Assembly: GCA_044892525.1 (NCBI GenBank)
Contig: CM097888.1
Location: 78,182,001-78,246,000, forward strand
Reading direction: 5' to 3'
DNA length: 64,000 nt
Source: Schmidtea polychroa
Taxonomy: Eukaryota
Shown here: positions 26,501 through 38,234 of the stretch, one piece after another
Layout of the letters: each line of letters opens with the position of its first letter
How positions within the stretch are numbered: the stretch's first letter is position 1
Notes under the pieces: generated by a model
What the model saw: only the letters and a program-made list of their open reading frames with translations
Databases searched by the model: none
Told to the model about the DNA's origin: nothing
Made by a program: the position numbers and the translations under genes

Positions 26501-29500
26501 AAATATATCTAATGTAACTGTTTAAACTAATTTTTTTTAACAAATTAGGAATTTCTGAGATTGATAAAGAAGAACTTATAGTTGAAGGAGAATATAATAA
26601 TAAAAATGGAATGAATGAAGAACTAAAAGTAACTGGTGACAATATGCAGAATTAAAAATTATTTATTGCTTAGAATGAAATCAATTGGAAAATTGCTCAA
26701 TTTTGCTGGCGCAGAATATCTACGAGTATTGTTCGTGAAAAGCCGATCAGAGTAAAGATGTAAAACCAATATGTATTAATGCTTTGGTGCTTCATCATCG
26801 TGTGGATAGTTTGCATCCATCATAAAGAATCCATCTCTACTCACCTTTCACAAAATAATTGAGAAAAGGATTAAGAAAAGCAGCGAAGAACATACTTGAA
26901 AGTAACAGTTGTTTTGGTTGTCATTTAGTTTATGTAAGATTTTTACTTTTCCTATTTCATTGAAATGTTCAGAAACTATACCTATAGTATTATTCGTTAA
27001 TTCTGACTACTTGAGTATGTATGCGCACACTTCTTTTGGTCACTGTGCAGACACGAGTAGTAGGGTTTTTGGATTTTATTTGAAATTGATTTTTTACGAT
27101 TGCTTCTAATATTAGGGTTGTTGTTTAAAAAGTCTGTTTTTCTGAAATTTTCGGTTTCGATTTGGATTTCTTTTGCTGAAGGTCGTTTTTTGTTCCTGGA
27201 ATTTTGATATTGAAAAATAAATCCTTTTCGGAATCTTCTTATTTTAATTATAATTCAAATTGAAGTTAATGATTGTGTTAAATAGTTTAACTCAAAGAAT
27301 GAATACAGATTTATTTGTGTTGACAATAAAATTAATGATAAATAGATGTCTGTGCATTTTAAATCGATTGCTGCTACAAATGGAACTTCAATAACTGATG
27401 TAGAAGTTCTTTTCGATATTCCCAAAGCTGACACAGGATCCATTACTTAAATCATGTTGGAGACATTTAATGCACCAATGATGTGTGTTTCAATTCAGTC
27501 AGTTTGTACGCTTCAGGTCGTATCTCGGGTATCCTTGTGGATTCTAGTAATCCTGTATCTCGCCCTATTTCAATTTATGAAAGATGTGTTTCCTCATGCT
27601 ATTTGTAGAATTAATTTAGCTGGAAGAAATTTAACTGATTATCTAATGAAAATTATGACAGACAGTGGATACAGTTTTACAACTGCTGACGAAAGCGAAA
27701 TTTTTCGAGTTATTAAAGTAAAATTGTATTACATTGCTCTTGATTTTGAACAGGAAACACAAACTGCTGTTTTTTCATCGTTTCTTGAAAAGAGTTAAGA
27801 ACTACCAGATGATCAAGTTACTACCATTGGACCTTAAAACTTCAGATGTCCAGAAACTTTGTTTTAGCGATCATTATTGGAAATGGAAACTGCTGGTATT
27901 CATGAGATGACATAAAGCAGCATGGTGAAATGCGATGTATATATTTGTAATGATTTAATTAGCAATACAGTCTTATCAAGTGGTTCGACAATGTCTCCTG
28001 GTATTGCTGATCGTATGTAAAAACAAATATCACATTTGATTCCATCAGCATCAATGATAATTAAACAATTATATTACTATAGAACTATGTTACAATAGCT
28101 ATAGTATAATTTCTGTGTAAATTTTCTAGCAAAGAATGTTTTAACCCTTAATTGCATGATTTTTTTTATTTATTTTGAATAAAATAAAGTAATGTTTTGT
28201 ATAGTATAAGTATATTGAGACTTGTGGCGCATTTGGCGGTCACTTTATGAACTAAATCCGTTAAAAGGCTTTGTAGCTCACAAGCAACACTACGAAATGG
28301 TTAGTTCTTATTTATTTTAGGCGATCTAAGCAAGAAATTCTGGTATGTTGCAAATTTGCTACACAATGCAATTAAGTGTTAAATGATATTAACTGTTTAA
28401 TTCCCTTGAACAATATCCTGTCTCACGCCGAATGACTTCGAATTAGCCTGTCTCATCTTGTAGTGTTCTATATTTAGCTAACGTGCGTGACGTTAATTCA
28501 TACTGGTTTCATACATGGTGATATGTTTGCGAATTATTTTTATCAGTGTAAATTTTTGTAGGAAAACCGGTCATTATTCTTAGAACATCCTAATAATTTG
28601 TTTTTAATGAAATACTTCAGAAAAGAAGAAATTTTTGAATTAAATCATGAAAAACAGGAATATAACAAGAAAATTACAATTTGGAAACGAATGGAAAAAC
28701 ACCGAATCCATAAAATTTTATGCTTTAATTAGTGTTTTATTGGAATGGGGTGCAATAGGAAGTGAAATATTTAAATTCATTAATATTGAAAAAGTGATGA
28801 TCCGTTCCACGTGCCACTATTTGCAGAATTTGAATACTTCAATTAATAGTTGTATTAAAAATGAAGGAGTCACGAAAAATTATCCACAATAAATGCAAAA
28901 TATTTATCCTCATAATATAATTGTTGTGATGGTATTGTATTGGGCTATTTTTATTATTTTTCTGATTTTCAGGCGGGCGATAACAGCGTGAAAGGTAGTA
29001 GTAGTGATGGTAACAGTTTGAACAGTTATAGGTATGAGATAATATTTCCGTTATTTGCTTTATCATTCTAATTAATATTATATTTTAGAAAAAACGAAGA
29101 ATCAATGGAAGTGCAAAAAAATAATTATGACAATCAATTTGTTTTATAAATAAAAAATAATATCGACTTTTTAACCCTTTCCAGCCCAGTGATTCCAAAT
29201 GGAATCATTAGTTAAAAACTCAGTTTTTTTCTCTCTACTACCAAAACGGTTGGCAGTAACTAGTGAGAACTATAGTAAGATATGTTTTTAACAGTTGGCA
29301 CAATTTTTATCTCACTAAATTTGTAAATTTGTATTTTTATGATAAAATAAGTAGTTTTGGTACCTACTTACTGCATATATTTTTTTTTGTTTTGAAAAAA
29401 TTTGGGCTGGAAAGGGTTAAAAGATTTTGTGAAAATAAATGATTTTTTAATTGATGAGATTGTTTACTGCTTTGATAAACATCGTTTTGTATTTTTGGTA

Positions 29501-32500
29501 TTTTCGGTCAATATTACTGATGACCAAGTTTGTTTTGTAATTTAAATGAAATGAAACTTTATCTATAACTTTTATTACTCGTTTTTATGTGCGTATTGTT
29601 TGAGGACCAGAAATTGTGAAATTGGTACCTCTTAGTGCCAAAAAGCATTTTTATTAGACATAGATCGTTTTTGTAATTTAGTAGTAGTGCTATATTTTTT
29701 AAATATTTTTAGTAAAAAACTCTGACTTGTAATGTGAATTTGTCAGTATTAAATATGTTTTGTATTGTGGACAAACAATTTAGTTTTCAAAATAAATACT
29801 CATATTTACAATAAAAAACTAATACACTTTTCAAACAAAGTATATGAATAATATGGATGATGAGTTCAAGTCCATCCGAGTTGTTATTACATCAATTTTC
29901 TTTGCTTCTAATGTGATTTATTTTAGAATTGATGCTTATAAATATTCTAATTGCTTTACTTTGTAACATTGGAATATTAAGCAATGAAACAATTTCGAGT
30001 AATATTTGGAATAATAAAGGTGTTAATTTAATACACTATGTAAAAATACATCAGTATTTTCATGTCAGGTTACCAAATAGAGATTATAGAAGCTTAACTT
30101 TCGCAAATAGGTGTAATTAAATAGTTAATTGAATTTAAGTCAACCATTCGATAGAATACAGTTTAATAAAAAAAAAGATATAAAATTGTCATAATATTTT
30201 TTTTATAAATTTTATAACAATGATACCATTAATATTTTTAAAAATTTCTATTCACAATCAATTTTAATAAAAATTTATAAAATTATTGCTAATACTTTAA
30301 TATTACTATATATAGATTGTTAATTGTATACATTATTAATAAAAATACTTAAAACAAATCAATTGAATGAATATATAAAATTAAATAATTTATACGCTAC
30401 CTAATTTGAACTACTTACTATCTCATATTTATGCTATTAATAAATATTTCACCTTTCAATTTTATTAATATTGTCAAAATTTATTTTCACGGGTAGAATA
30501 AAGAAATTTTTGTCGTTGAAATGAGTATGGAAATTTGAAATTTGTAAGTACAGGTAACCCTCGATTAACACGGTAGTTTGGTTCCAAGAATACTCCGTGC
30601 TAATTAAAATCGTGTTAATCGAGACTAACAATTAATACAATTCATGGGGTTTGGTTCCAAAAAATTTAAAAAATGATTTATGTTTTTGATAGTTTTTATT
30701 ATTTTCATGCATCCAGTACAAAAAAAAAGACGATTGAAATACAAATAGACTTGAAATCAAAATTTAACAAAAAATAGTAAAATAAATTAATTCATTTTGC
30801 ATAAATATCAAAATAAAAATATGGCATAATTTAACAAAATTCCATCATAATCACTTTCAACTTCATCATCACTCTCAAAATCTCTGAAAAAATATGTAAT
30901 GTGTGGCTGATTCATTTTTATTGGTGCTTCTTCATCACTTGAATAATTTTCTGACACTTCATTAGTCGCTTGTGGTTTCTGGATTATGGTTATAAAATCA
31001 GTGAGAAGAGCCTGTTTTTGATTTTTTTTTAAAGTTCTTTCTCAACTTCTCGGTAAGGAGCTAAGCATTTTTCTATCTCGCATTGAATTTTCAGACTACG
31101 GTCCATTGACGGGTCATTGTCAAGGAAATGGTTTTCTAATTTTTTAGCCATCTCAAATCCTTCTCTTAATGATTTGAGTGTGAAGTTTTGAATTTTGAAA
31201 CCGTGTTAATTAAGGGTTTTCATCAATTTTGAAGCCGTGTAAAATCAAAACCGTGCTAAAAAATATCGTGTTAGACAAGGGTGTGCCGCAATATTTTAAC
31301 CGTGTTAAAGCGAAATCGTGTTATTCAAGTACTGTGTTAATCGAGGGTTACCTGTAGTTTAATATTGGTAGCGTATAAAATATTTTATTTTGTTTTCTAT
31401 ATATTTGTTTAACTGATCGATTTTAAGTATTTGCACCAGCAGTTAATATAATATAGTTTGTAAAAATTAAAAAAAATATTTATAATTTTAAAAAAATCTT
31501 TAGTTAAATTGAATTGATTTAAAATTTAGAAAATTTTAATTTGAAGTGTTTATATTGAGTATAAGGCAGTTTTTGTGAATGATGATTAATAGGTTTCCCA
31601 AGGTAATAAATATAAATGAAAAAAATTATTCAAATTTGTTGAAATACGTTAACAAATGGTTTTGATCAACTTTCTGGTCATTTTAAATAAATAAAATAAA
31701 GTCTTAATTCGTGTTTTATATATTTTTACAAAGTCTTTATGCTTTCGGTTGGTATAGGTCAACCACTATGTTGGACTATAATGGTTAAAACCATGTCTTT
31801 AAGTTTACTTTAATAAAACCAATTAAAATTTATAAAACTTTTTATATTTATTATTATTTTTATTTAATTGTAACTAAAATTTAAAATGATTCGATTTAAG
31901 ACTCTTGTTTAAAGCAACCGGTTTATCCTTGAAAAACTAATTTGTCTGTTTCGCATTCTGTGAAAGGGACAGGTACTTTATAATAATTTTATTCTTGATA
32001 TGAAAGTTCAGCTCAGAGTTCCACAATATTGCATTGGGAATTTTATTAATAATTAATATATTAATATAAATTTTATTACTGTATTGATCATGTTTAATTA
32101 AAGATTTATTATAATTTAATTAAATAATTATATATTAATTTCTTTAGTATTTAATATAAGAATTACATGTCAATAATTGTGAATAATATATTAACTATTA
32201 TATAAATCTGTTGTATAAAATAATAAAATGTTTGTCTAATAAAATATGTGATGTTTTCTTGCTCAAATTACCCTCTTTGTTTAAATATGGTTGATAAGAA
32301 TAAACTTTTGAAAATCTTTTAAATCGATACAATAAATACTAGAGCAACGCAACCTAACAAAGGCAAAAAAGTTAAATATATTTTATAAATTTCTATTTTA
32401 TAAAAAACTTATTTTAAATTCATATAGCGTTATTAATTACTCCGGTAAATCGGAATTGATCTATTATGTAATTAGTGGGAATAGTTGAGAAAAAATGAAA

Positions 32501-35500
32501 TATTTCTATACAAATTGATAAAAGTATATATGAATAATGAATTGATCCTACTTATTATTTCTTCAATATCACTTTTCACATGTTTTGGTCTAGACTTTTC
32601 CGAGGAAATAGGTTTAATATCTTCAGTTATTGCCAACCGTCTCCAGACTGAACCCTAAAATATAAAAAATGAAATTCGTGGTTGCGATTAATTTTTAATT
32701 AATTATAAGGTTTTGGAAGCACTGAAAAACGCTGTTTACATTTAGTTTGTGATCTAATATTTTCAAATTAATGAAGAATTTCAGTGAATTACATGGACTT
32801 TTTTCTTAATTTAGATTTATTTTTGAAAAGAAATTTTGGGAAAAGAGATTTCCAGATCTGGAATGGAAAAGAAATGATAGGAATATTATCAAACATTAAC
32901 AATTCAAGAACAAAGTTCCGAAAAAGATAAAAAAGAAAATTATAAAACCTAAACAATTTGAGATTAAAGTTCTGAAAAATATTAAAAGGAATATTATCAA
33001 ACATTAACAATTCAAGAATAAAATCCCGAAAAAGATAAAAAAGAAAATTATAAAGACTTGTCCAATTTCTATGAGCCGAGGTTTCAGGTCGATTATTTTA
33101 TATATATTATTTCTTTAATAAAAATTGTTATCGTTTATAACGGTTATTGTTAATTTTATTACATATTTTATTTGGGGTGTCATAATTTCTTAAATACACA
33201 CGCACCCCGATTGTCCCGCCACAAGTTTTAACGGAGACTCTTTCGGGCTCATCAAATTTCTTAAATAATCTATACAAATTGGACACAAACTAAGAGTAAA
33301 TATTTAACAATATATATATAAAACAATTGTATATATTAAAAAGAGCTTGGATCAGTAAATATATCAAAAACATCGATATATTTACTGATTTATAGTCTTT
33401 AAGCTCTTTTTAATAAATACAATGCAAAAATAAATCAGTGGTGAAATTGGAAAAAAAGTTTTTATAATATATAAAACTATCATTTCTTTTCCATTCTGGA
33501 TCTGAAAATCTCTTATCCCAAAATTTCTTTTCAAAAATAAATCTAAATTAAGAAAAAAGTCCATGTAATTCACTGAAATTCTTTATTAATCCGAAAATAT
33601 TAAATCACAAACTAAATGTAAACAGCGTTTTCCAGTGCTTCCAAAACCATTTTCTCTGACAGTGCCGAAGATTTGTGAGTATCAAAAAACATCGATATAT
33701 TACTGATTTCTAGTTTTCAAGCTCTCTTTTTAATAAAAGCTATAGTTTAATTTAGTTGGTTAGAATTATTGTATTAACTAAAAGTTAATTTTCAGTTGCA
33801 ATGAATCAATTTCTATCCTATTATGCTCACCTGTGTATAATGGGCAATAAGGGTTTTTGATCTATTTTTCATTTTGATCCAAATGTCAGTTGCACACACA
33901 GTGGCAGTGATATACGCAACAAAACGAGCTTTGAATAGTTTCTGGCTACTTTTGTCATTTAATACTATTATAGGAACCACATACATAATAATTCCGATCA
34001 GAACCAATGATAAATATCTTCCAAATATGCTATCGTAGAATGGATCTGTTTTATTCATCAAAGATAAGGTGGGAAGTGGTGAATAGTTTATGTAGCGCCG
34101 TATTAATAACCATTATATATGTTTAATTACGTTTATGGCTTCGTCGCTCACAATTTTACATTTGAATTTAATAGCCAGATTCAGAACTGTGGTACAACAC
34201 TTGATTTGATTACAATTATCAGCTAATCAGGACCACGCTTAGATAATTATCCACCTCCATGCAACAATAACCTTAATTCTATTATTAATTATATTGAAAT
34301 GTTTATTTTTAAGAAAATATTTTTTTGTTTATGTATATTGAGAAACAAATATATTTTAGTCGGGTATAATCATTTACGTCAATATTATTATATGATTTAA
34401 ATTAGTGAGTTTTTTATTATATCTTGAATACACATTAATAAAAGTAGTGAGTACAAAAATATTTTGACCTGGTGAACCTCCAACGGCTGCCAGAGAGCAA
34501 TGCACGCGATGCACACCCATCTTATGTGGCCTTCATCATAGTATCGGTAAATTGAAGTATTGTAGATATTATTCAAACTATACCTCAGGAAAGGTAACTT
34601 GCTCCTGGTAGTACAGACCACAAATGTGAAATCGGTTTTGTGATAAATATAATGAATGGGACACAGGCCTATTTCTATATCCTCTAGCTGACTTTATATT
34701 ACGAACTTTGCACAGTTATTTTCTTTGCTCTCAACACCAATAATTAAATTACCTAATTAATAATAATCGTGAGTGGTTTGATGTGTGTGTGTATGTTATT
34801 GTATAATTCATATTTCATGTTCATTATTACATAATAGTCTTCGATCCCAAAGAGATAAATACTTCAAATATTATGTCACAAAATAGATTTTAAATATACC
34901 AGACATTGAATTATTTAACAACTACTTCAGCATGTTTCATTTCATTTTCTCTTTCGATTTGTTATCACAAGTTATAAATTTTCCTACTCTCATCAACCAT
35001 ACAAATACTATCTTTACCCGAATCTGTCCAACTGACATGTCGACACTGATTGCATTCGATAAATAGTGCCGTTTCCAGGCTCCAAATTCGAATTCTGATG
35101 GCGAATATGGAAGATACCATCCAAATGTGCGACATTTTGGAACCCATAAAATGTCCTGAATGATTCTTTAAATAAAATTGAACCGAGATCTCATTTACTT
35201 GTTCGGTCAAAAATTTCCAATGCCAAGATACTTGAGATGATCTTGATAAACTTCTTGGATCGAGATATGAAAATATTTTTAGGCTTATATTTCTTGGAAG
35301 GATTCTCGTAAAATCAACTCGCTTTAATGGAATCTTTTTATTGAAATAATCATAAACACAAAGAAGTTGGCCTGCACTAAATTTATTAAAAAGCTCCAAT
35401 AGGAAATCATTTCTCTGTTGATCTGTCCAAATATCGAACTAGAAATTTAACCATTGAATTTATTAACTTTTTTAAATTCAAATTAACCCAATTAAAAATT

Positions 35501-35697
35501 AATTCCTTTCTTTCTTTAAAAATCGTTTTGTTGTATTGTTTGTTAGATACAGGCGTCCAATTGCTATAGACTGTTTGATATTGGGAAGTGTTGAAATGAT
35601 TTTTACTCGATATTTTTTCGAGTTTTTTATTTACTAATTCTCCAATGATTTTTGTATCATCTTGAGTAAGATCATTTATAGACATGGATTTTTTCAT
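5533..35697 (-). CDS. ECT2L: Epithelial cell-transforming 2-like RhoGEF (F-box, DUF4347, DH, PH), multi-exon
   Basis: Phase-consistent GT-AG exon blocks: 35488-35697, 35199-35438 (F-box [20 protein letters not shown]) and 35018-35155 (LWVPKC..FGWYLPY..GAWKRHY); 24418-24571, 22052-22167, 20190-20380, 20053-20142 and 17457-17642 (DUF4347-like); 8651-8815, 8338-8603 and 8140-8296 (DH); 6727-6792, 6591-6685, 6375-6547 and 5533-5663 (PH, TAG stop). These are collinear with human ECT2L as I recall it. Probable further exons lie near 25690-25918, 16696-16790 and 15069-15125. Some junctions are unresolved, partly because of N gaps. Confidence 0.92.
9713..10209. mobile_element. hAT (Charlie/Buster-like) MITE, about 497 bp
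   Basis: Imperfect TIR aagtgatggggaacct / aggttccccactccag (shared core tggggaacct). 8-bp flanks agttaaga (9705-9712) and agttaagg (10210-10217) match 7/8. Confidence 0.7.
11755..12085. mobile_element. hAT-like MITE, about 331 bp
   Basis: 12-bp TIR cagtggtgagct / agctcacaactg (11/12). Internal direct repeat ttttgcgagccc..ttgttgtt. The putative 8-bp TSD is degraded (cttatatc vs cctataag, 5/8). Confidence 0.55.
13256..13724. mobile_element. MITE with long (~90 bp) imperfect TIRs, TA-flanked
   Basis: Left end ggggctcgctaactcacatacc...aaattcctagtatttttatgtaggtcaa matches the reverse complement of the right end ...ttgacctacataaaaatactaggaattt...gtatgtgagttagcggtcccc. TA lies on both sides. Superfamily uncertain. 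Confidence 0.8.
14319..14909 (+). pseudogene. AMDHD2: Intronless, 3'-truncated N-acetylglucosamine-6-phosphate deacetylase (NagA/AMDHD2) copy, antisense in an ECT2L intron
   Basis: [41 protein letters not shown] and KSGMH match the N-terminal ~170 aa of AMDHD2. Homology stops near 14845. The downstream LAPE, GHS, THLFNAM and TDA motifs were not found. Confidence 0.8.
15775..16105 (-). mobile_element. mariner transposase C-terminal relic
   Basis: [19 protein letters not shown]...[22 protein letters not shown] matches the mariner YSPDL and GI..LPERW..C motifs, with stops. Confidence 0.85.
17040..17281. mobile_element. pogo/Tigger-like non-autonomous element end, running into an assembly gap
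   Basis: Terminus ...ccgtaaagcgaggtatgagtg followed by TA (reverse complement CACTCATACCTCGCTTTACGG, Tigger-like). Repeated (t)acggc motifs at 17040-17130. The other terminus is not visible. Confidence 0.55.
21755..21808. repeat. Short tandem repeat (cagaatatgta)x4-5
   Basis: gcagaatata cagaatatgta cagaatatgta cagaatatgta cagaatatatg. Confidence 0.85.
27420..28065 (+). pseudogene. ACT: Intronless actin pseudogene fragment (about aa 112-325), antisense in an ECT2L intron
   Basis: PKA....[10 protein letters not shown]; [31 protein letters not shown]; YIALDFEQE; LEKS*ELPD; FRCPETLF; METAGIHE; [15 protein letters not shown]. Several stops and frameshifts. Confidence 0.93.
28145..28378. mobile_element. 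piggyBac-type MITE (234 bp)
   Basis: TTAA at 28141-28144 and 28379-28382. TIR cccttaattgcat / atgcaattaagtg (12/13). Confidence 0.75.
28973..29149 (+). CDS. Putative last two exons of an unidentified gene, antisense within ECT2L
   Basis: ttttcag|exon 28973-29031|gtatga...ttttag|exon 29089-29149 splice in frame to [45 protein letters not shown] follows immediately. Confidence 0.4.
29175..29416. mobile_element. piggyBac-type MITE (242 bp)
   Basis: TTAA at 29171-29174 and 29417-29420. Perfect 14-bp TIR ccctttccagccca. Confidence 0.9.
30551..31354 (-). mobile_element. Internally deleted pogo/Tigger element (804 bp)
   Basis: TA TSD (30549-50 / 31355-56). 21-bp perfect TIR caggtaaccctcgattaacac. 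Residual transposase C-terminus [32 protein letters not shown]... with an acidic tail. About seven cgtgttaa-like subterminal motifs at 31200-31340. Confidence 0.92.
31923..34520 (-). CDS. Uncharacterised 140-aa four-exon gene model with a hydrophobic segment, nested in an ECT2L intron on the same strand
   Basis: Exons 34469-34520, 33831-34045, 32552-32654 and 31923-31975 join in frame (phases 1, 0, 1) with GT-AG ends: [46 protein letters not shown]...[18 protein letters not shown]...[17 protein letters not shown]. No family recognised. Confidence 0.5.
32709..33648. repeat. Long inverted repeat (about 172-bp arms, about 600-bp spacer) with an internal tandem duplication
   Basis: 32709-32880 is the near-identical reverse complement of 33477-33648. 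A ~67-bp segment at 32879-32946 is repeated at 32989-33055. Confidence 0.85.
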
Positions 35698-36479
35698 TTG
35701 TACAAAAATATATGTAATAATTTTATTTTCAATTTAATAATAAAATGAAATAATAAGTTTCTTTAAACAAAAAAATTAAAACTTTAAAAATGTTAGATTA
35801 TAGTGTCATAGAGTGACCTTTATTAAAACAACACTAAGTTATTGTAATTTAAATATATTCTAGCAATTCTTAGTTAATTTATATTTAAATAGATTTAAAA
35901 AAATATTTTACATTAAATTTTTGTACATTTTTATATTACTTTTTTGAATTTTGATTTATTTAGAGCATATTGTAATTGCTAAATTTTATGAGTGTTTGGT
36001 TCACTTTTGAAAGTTGAATTTAAAAATTCTTAAATAAAAATAATACCACAAATCATTTTGAAAATCACAAATCACTTTATAATCATTTATAATTTCAAAT
36101 AAATACAAATAACTATTCAGGAAAATTCAAATTTACTATTTCCATTCAACTGAATTCTTCACTAATGTTAATTTGATCATCAATTATGCAGAGTTCTTTA
36201 AGATTTCTAATTGATTATGATATATGATAAAATATAGTTAGGTGATAACAGAATATTCATGGTTTCCAAAGTTGTTAAGTAATTCTTTAACTATCTAGGC
36301 TTGGAATTTAGATCCTTCATTAGAATTATTAGAAGTCTTTTGCATGTGCGAGAACCATCCGTTTTGGCCTGGTTGGTATTACTGGGTTCAAATAACTTAC
36401 CAGTTATAATTTCGACTTTAATTTCAATGAATATTTTCACAAAAAGCATAATTCATCCTACCCTAATAATACTCATCAT

Positions 36480-36980
36480 TAATTGACGTTAGTAAAGTTC
36501 GAACCCGTTTGAAACTTAACTAAATGTAAATTATGTTGCCAATACCGTGAACTTAACATTCTAAGAGGTTCATTAATGATCAATAGGTCTTCAAATTTTA
36601 TGTGCCTATGATATTATCTCAATTTACTTCACAAATCCTCCCAGCTACTCTGTATCATTTTTTTCAGTTTCTATCAGAAACTGAAATTCATTAATCAATA
36701 TTTAATTTAACCCTATAGCATCGAACGTAACTTTCCATAAACACGTATTTGATGCAGCAAATATGCAGTTTTTGAAGCCACTGCCGATATCAAAAAAACC
36801 GTCACTTTTCACTTATACATTTATTAACCATAGTTGCTGGAATTGCGGTTAATCTTCTAAATATTACCACGTGTTTCACAGATTGTACACCCGAGGTTAT
36901 GTAGTTATTTTTTTTTGTAATCAAATTTTAGGAGATTCTACGATGCTCTTCTGTTCTCACCGCTGTACATGATATGCCCT
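36480..36980 (-). mobile_element. Possible highly degenerate Gypsy RT relic
   Basis: Weak motifs GHIMYSG (LGHII-like) and YHRHIKF...INEPLRML (Y.R.I..F..I..PL-like) in the expected order, with many stops. Confidence 0.3.
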
Positions 36981-37517
36981 GCAGGTCAACATTCACTTAA
37001 ATTATCTCAGTAATAATTACAATTATACTCAAATTAGAAATTGGTATTCATATGCCAAAAAAAACATTTTCTAAAATATGAGTTAATAATTTTACAAACT
37101 GCAAATTGGTGTATTTGTTGATTTATCATTTCAGGAAAGGTTCAAAGCAAAGTATTTTTTTATTTTATTAAAATATATGATTAATTTGAAAAATCTTAAA
37201 ATATTTGTCTTGTAAAATAAATTTTTTTAAAATTTACCCTGTAAAATTTGCGGGGTCTTGTTAGTAAAAACAAATGATGTAACAAAAAATATGGATACCA
37301 GATTTTAAGCTAATCTGGAGATATAAAACGTGAGAATTAAAATTAATTTGTTATTTTATAGAACGATATTTGGGGTAAAATTAATCTGATTAGAAAATTT
37401 TTGCAAAGTGCAAATTACAATGTAAGCGAAGTGTCTTGACATTTGCCAATTCTAACAACTGATTTAAGTTGACATAAATTCCACTTAATTTCTTAATGTT
37501 CAAACAATTTCACTTAA

Positions 37518-37742
37518 CCCTTTGCGGTCCATAAAAAAGGTTACCCACCAGGTCCACAATTAATGATTTTTTGTATATATGATTTTCTCGAACTAAACTG
37601 GTCAAAACCCAAGATAAATTATCTACATTCTACACATATATTTGTTCTTAACAGGAAATGCAAAAAAAATACATACAACGAAATCTGAAACTTCAAATGA
37701 GCAATTATTAGAATGTCGAGTTAGACATAGGACCACAAAGGG
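37518..37742. mobile_element. piggyBac-type MITE (225 bp)
   Basis: TTAA at 37514-37517 and 37743-37746. TIR ccctttgcggtcc / ggaccacaaaggg (12/13). Confidence 0.85.
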
Positions 37743-37871
37743 TTAATAATGTTATTACTGATCTAACATCCGGAAACGTTTCTAGACTTCACAATAATGC
37801 CTTTCAAAGAACGATTCAAAATTTTAGCGCATGATGTATCTAAAATCATTTTTAAAATACTTTCAAAAAAT

Positions 37872-38234
37872 GGTACTTCAGTGTTATCTTACCCCCAAAA
37901 ATTAAATTATAAAATACAATTAAAATAGCAATATAAAAAATGAAAGAATACATTATTGATGACGTTATTGAACATTATTGAACATGAATTTATTAAGGCT
38001 ATCTGTGATTTATGTGATTATGTGAGTTTATGTGGAGCAAACGTGTTCTAAGCAACAGTGCCGATGTGTTCGACACTATTCTCAACGACATTGTGGTTTT
38101 TTGGTCACCTGGATGACCATTTACAAACTCTTTACAAACATTTGCTGAGTTTGTAACTGTGATTTAGAAAATAAATACAATAATTGTGTTCTTTTTTAAT
38201 TTAATTTTTAGGGGTAAGATAACACGGAAGTACC
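37872..38234. mobile_element. Merlin-type MITE (363 bp)
   Basis: TIR of about 38 bp starting with GG (ggtacttcagtgttatcttacccccaaaaattaaatta, 2 mismatches). Exact 8-bp TSD caaaaaat at 37864-37871 and 38235-38242. Confidence 0.85.

Noticed and set aside
36495-36512. gttcgaaccc B-box-like motif suggesting a tRNA or SINE
   Set aside because: There is no A box at a suitable distance and no cloverleaf stems.
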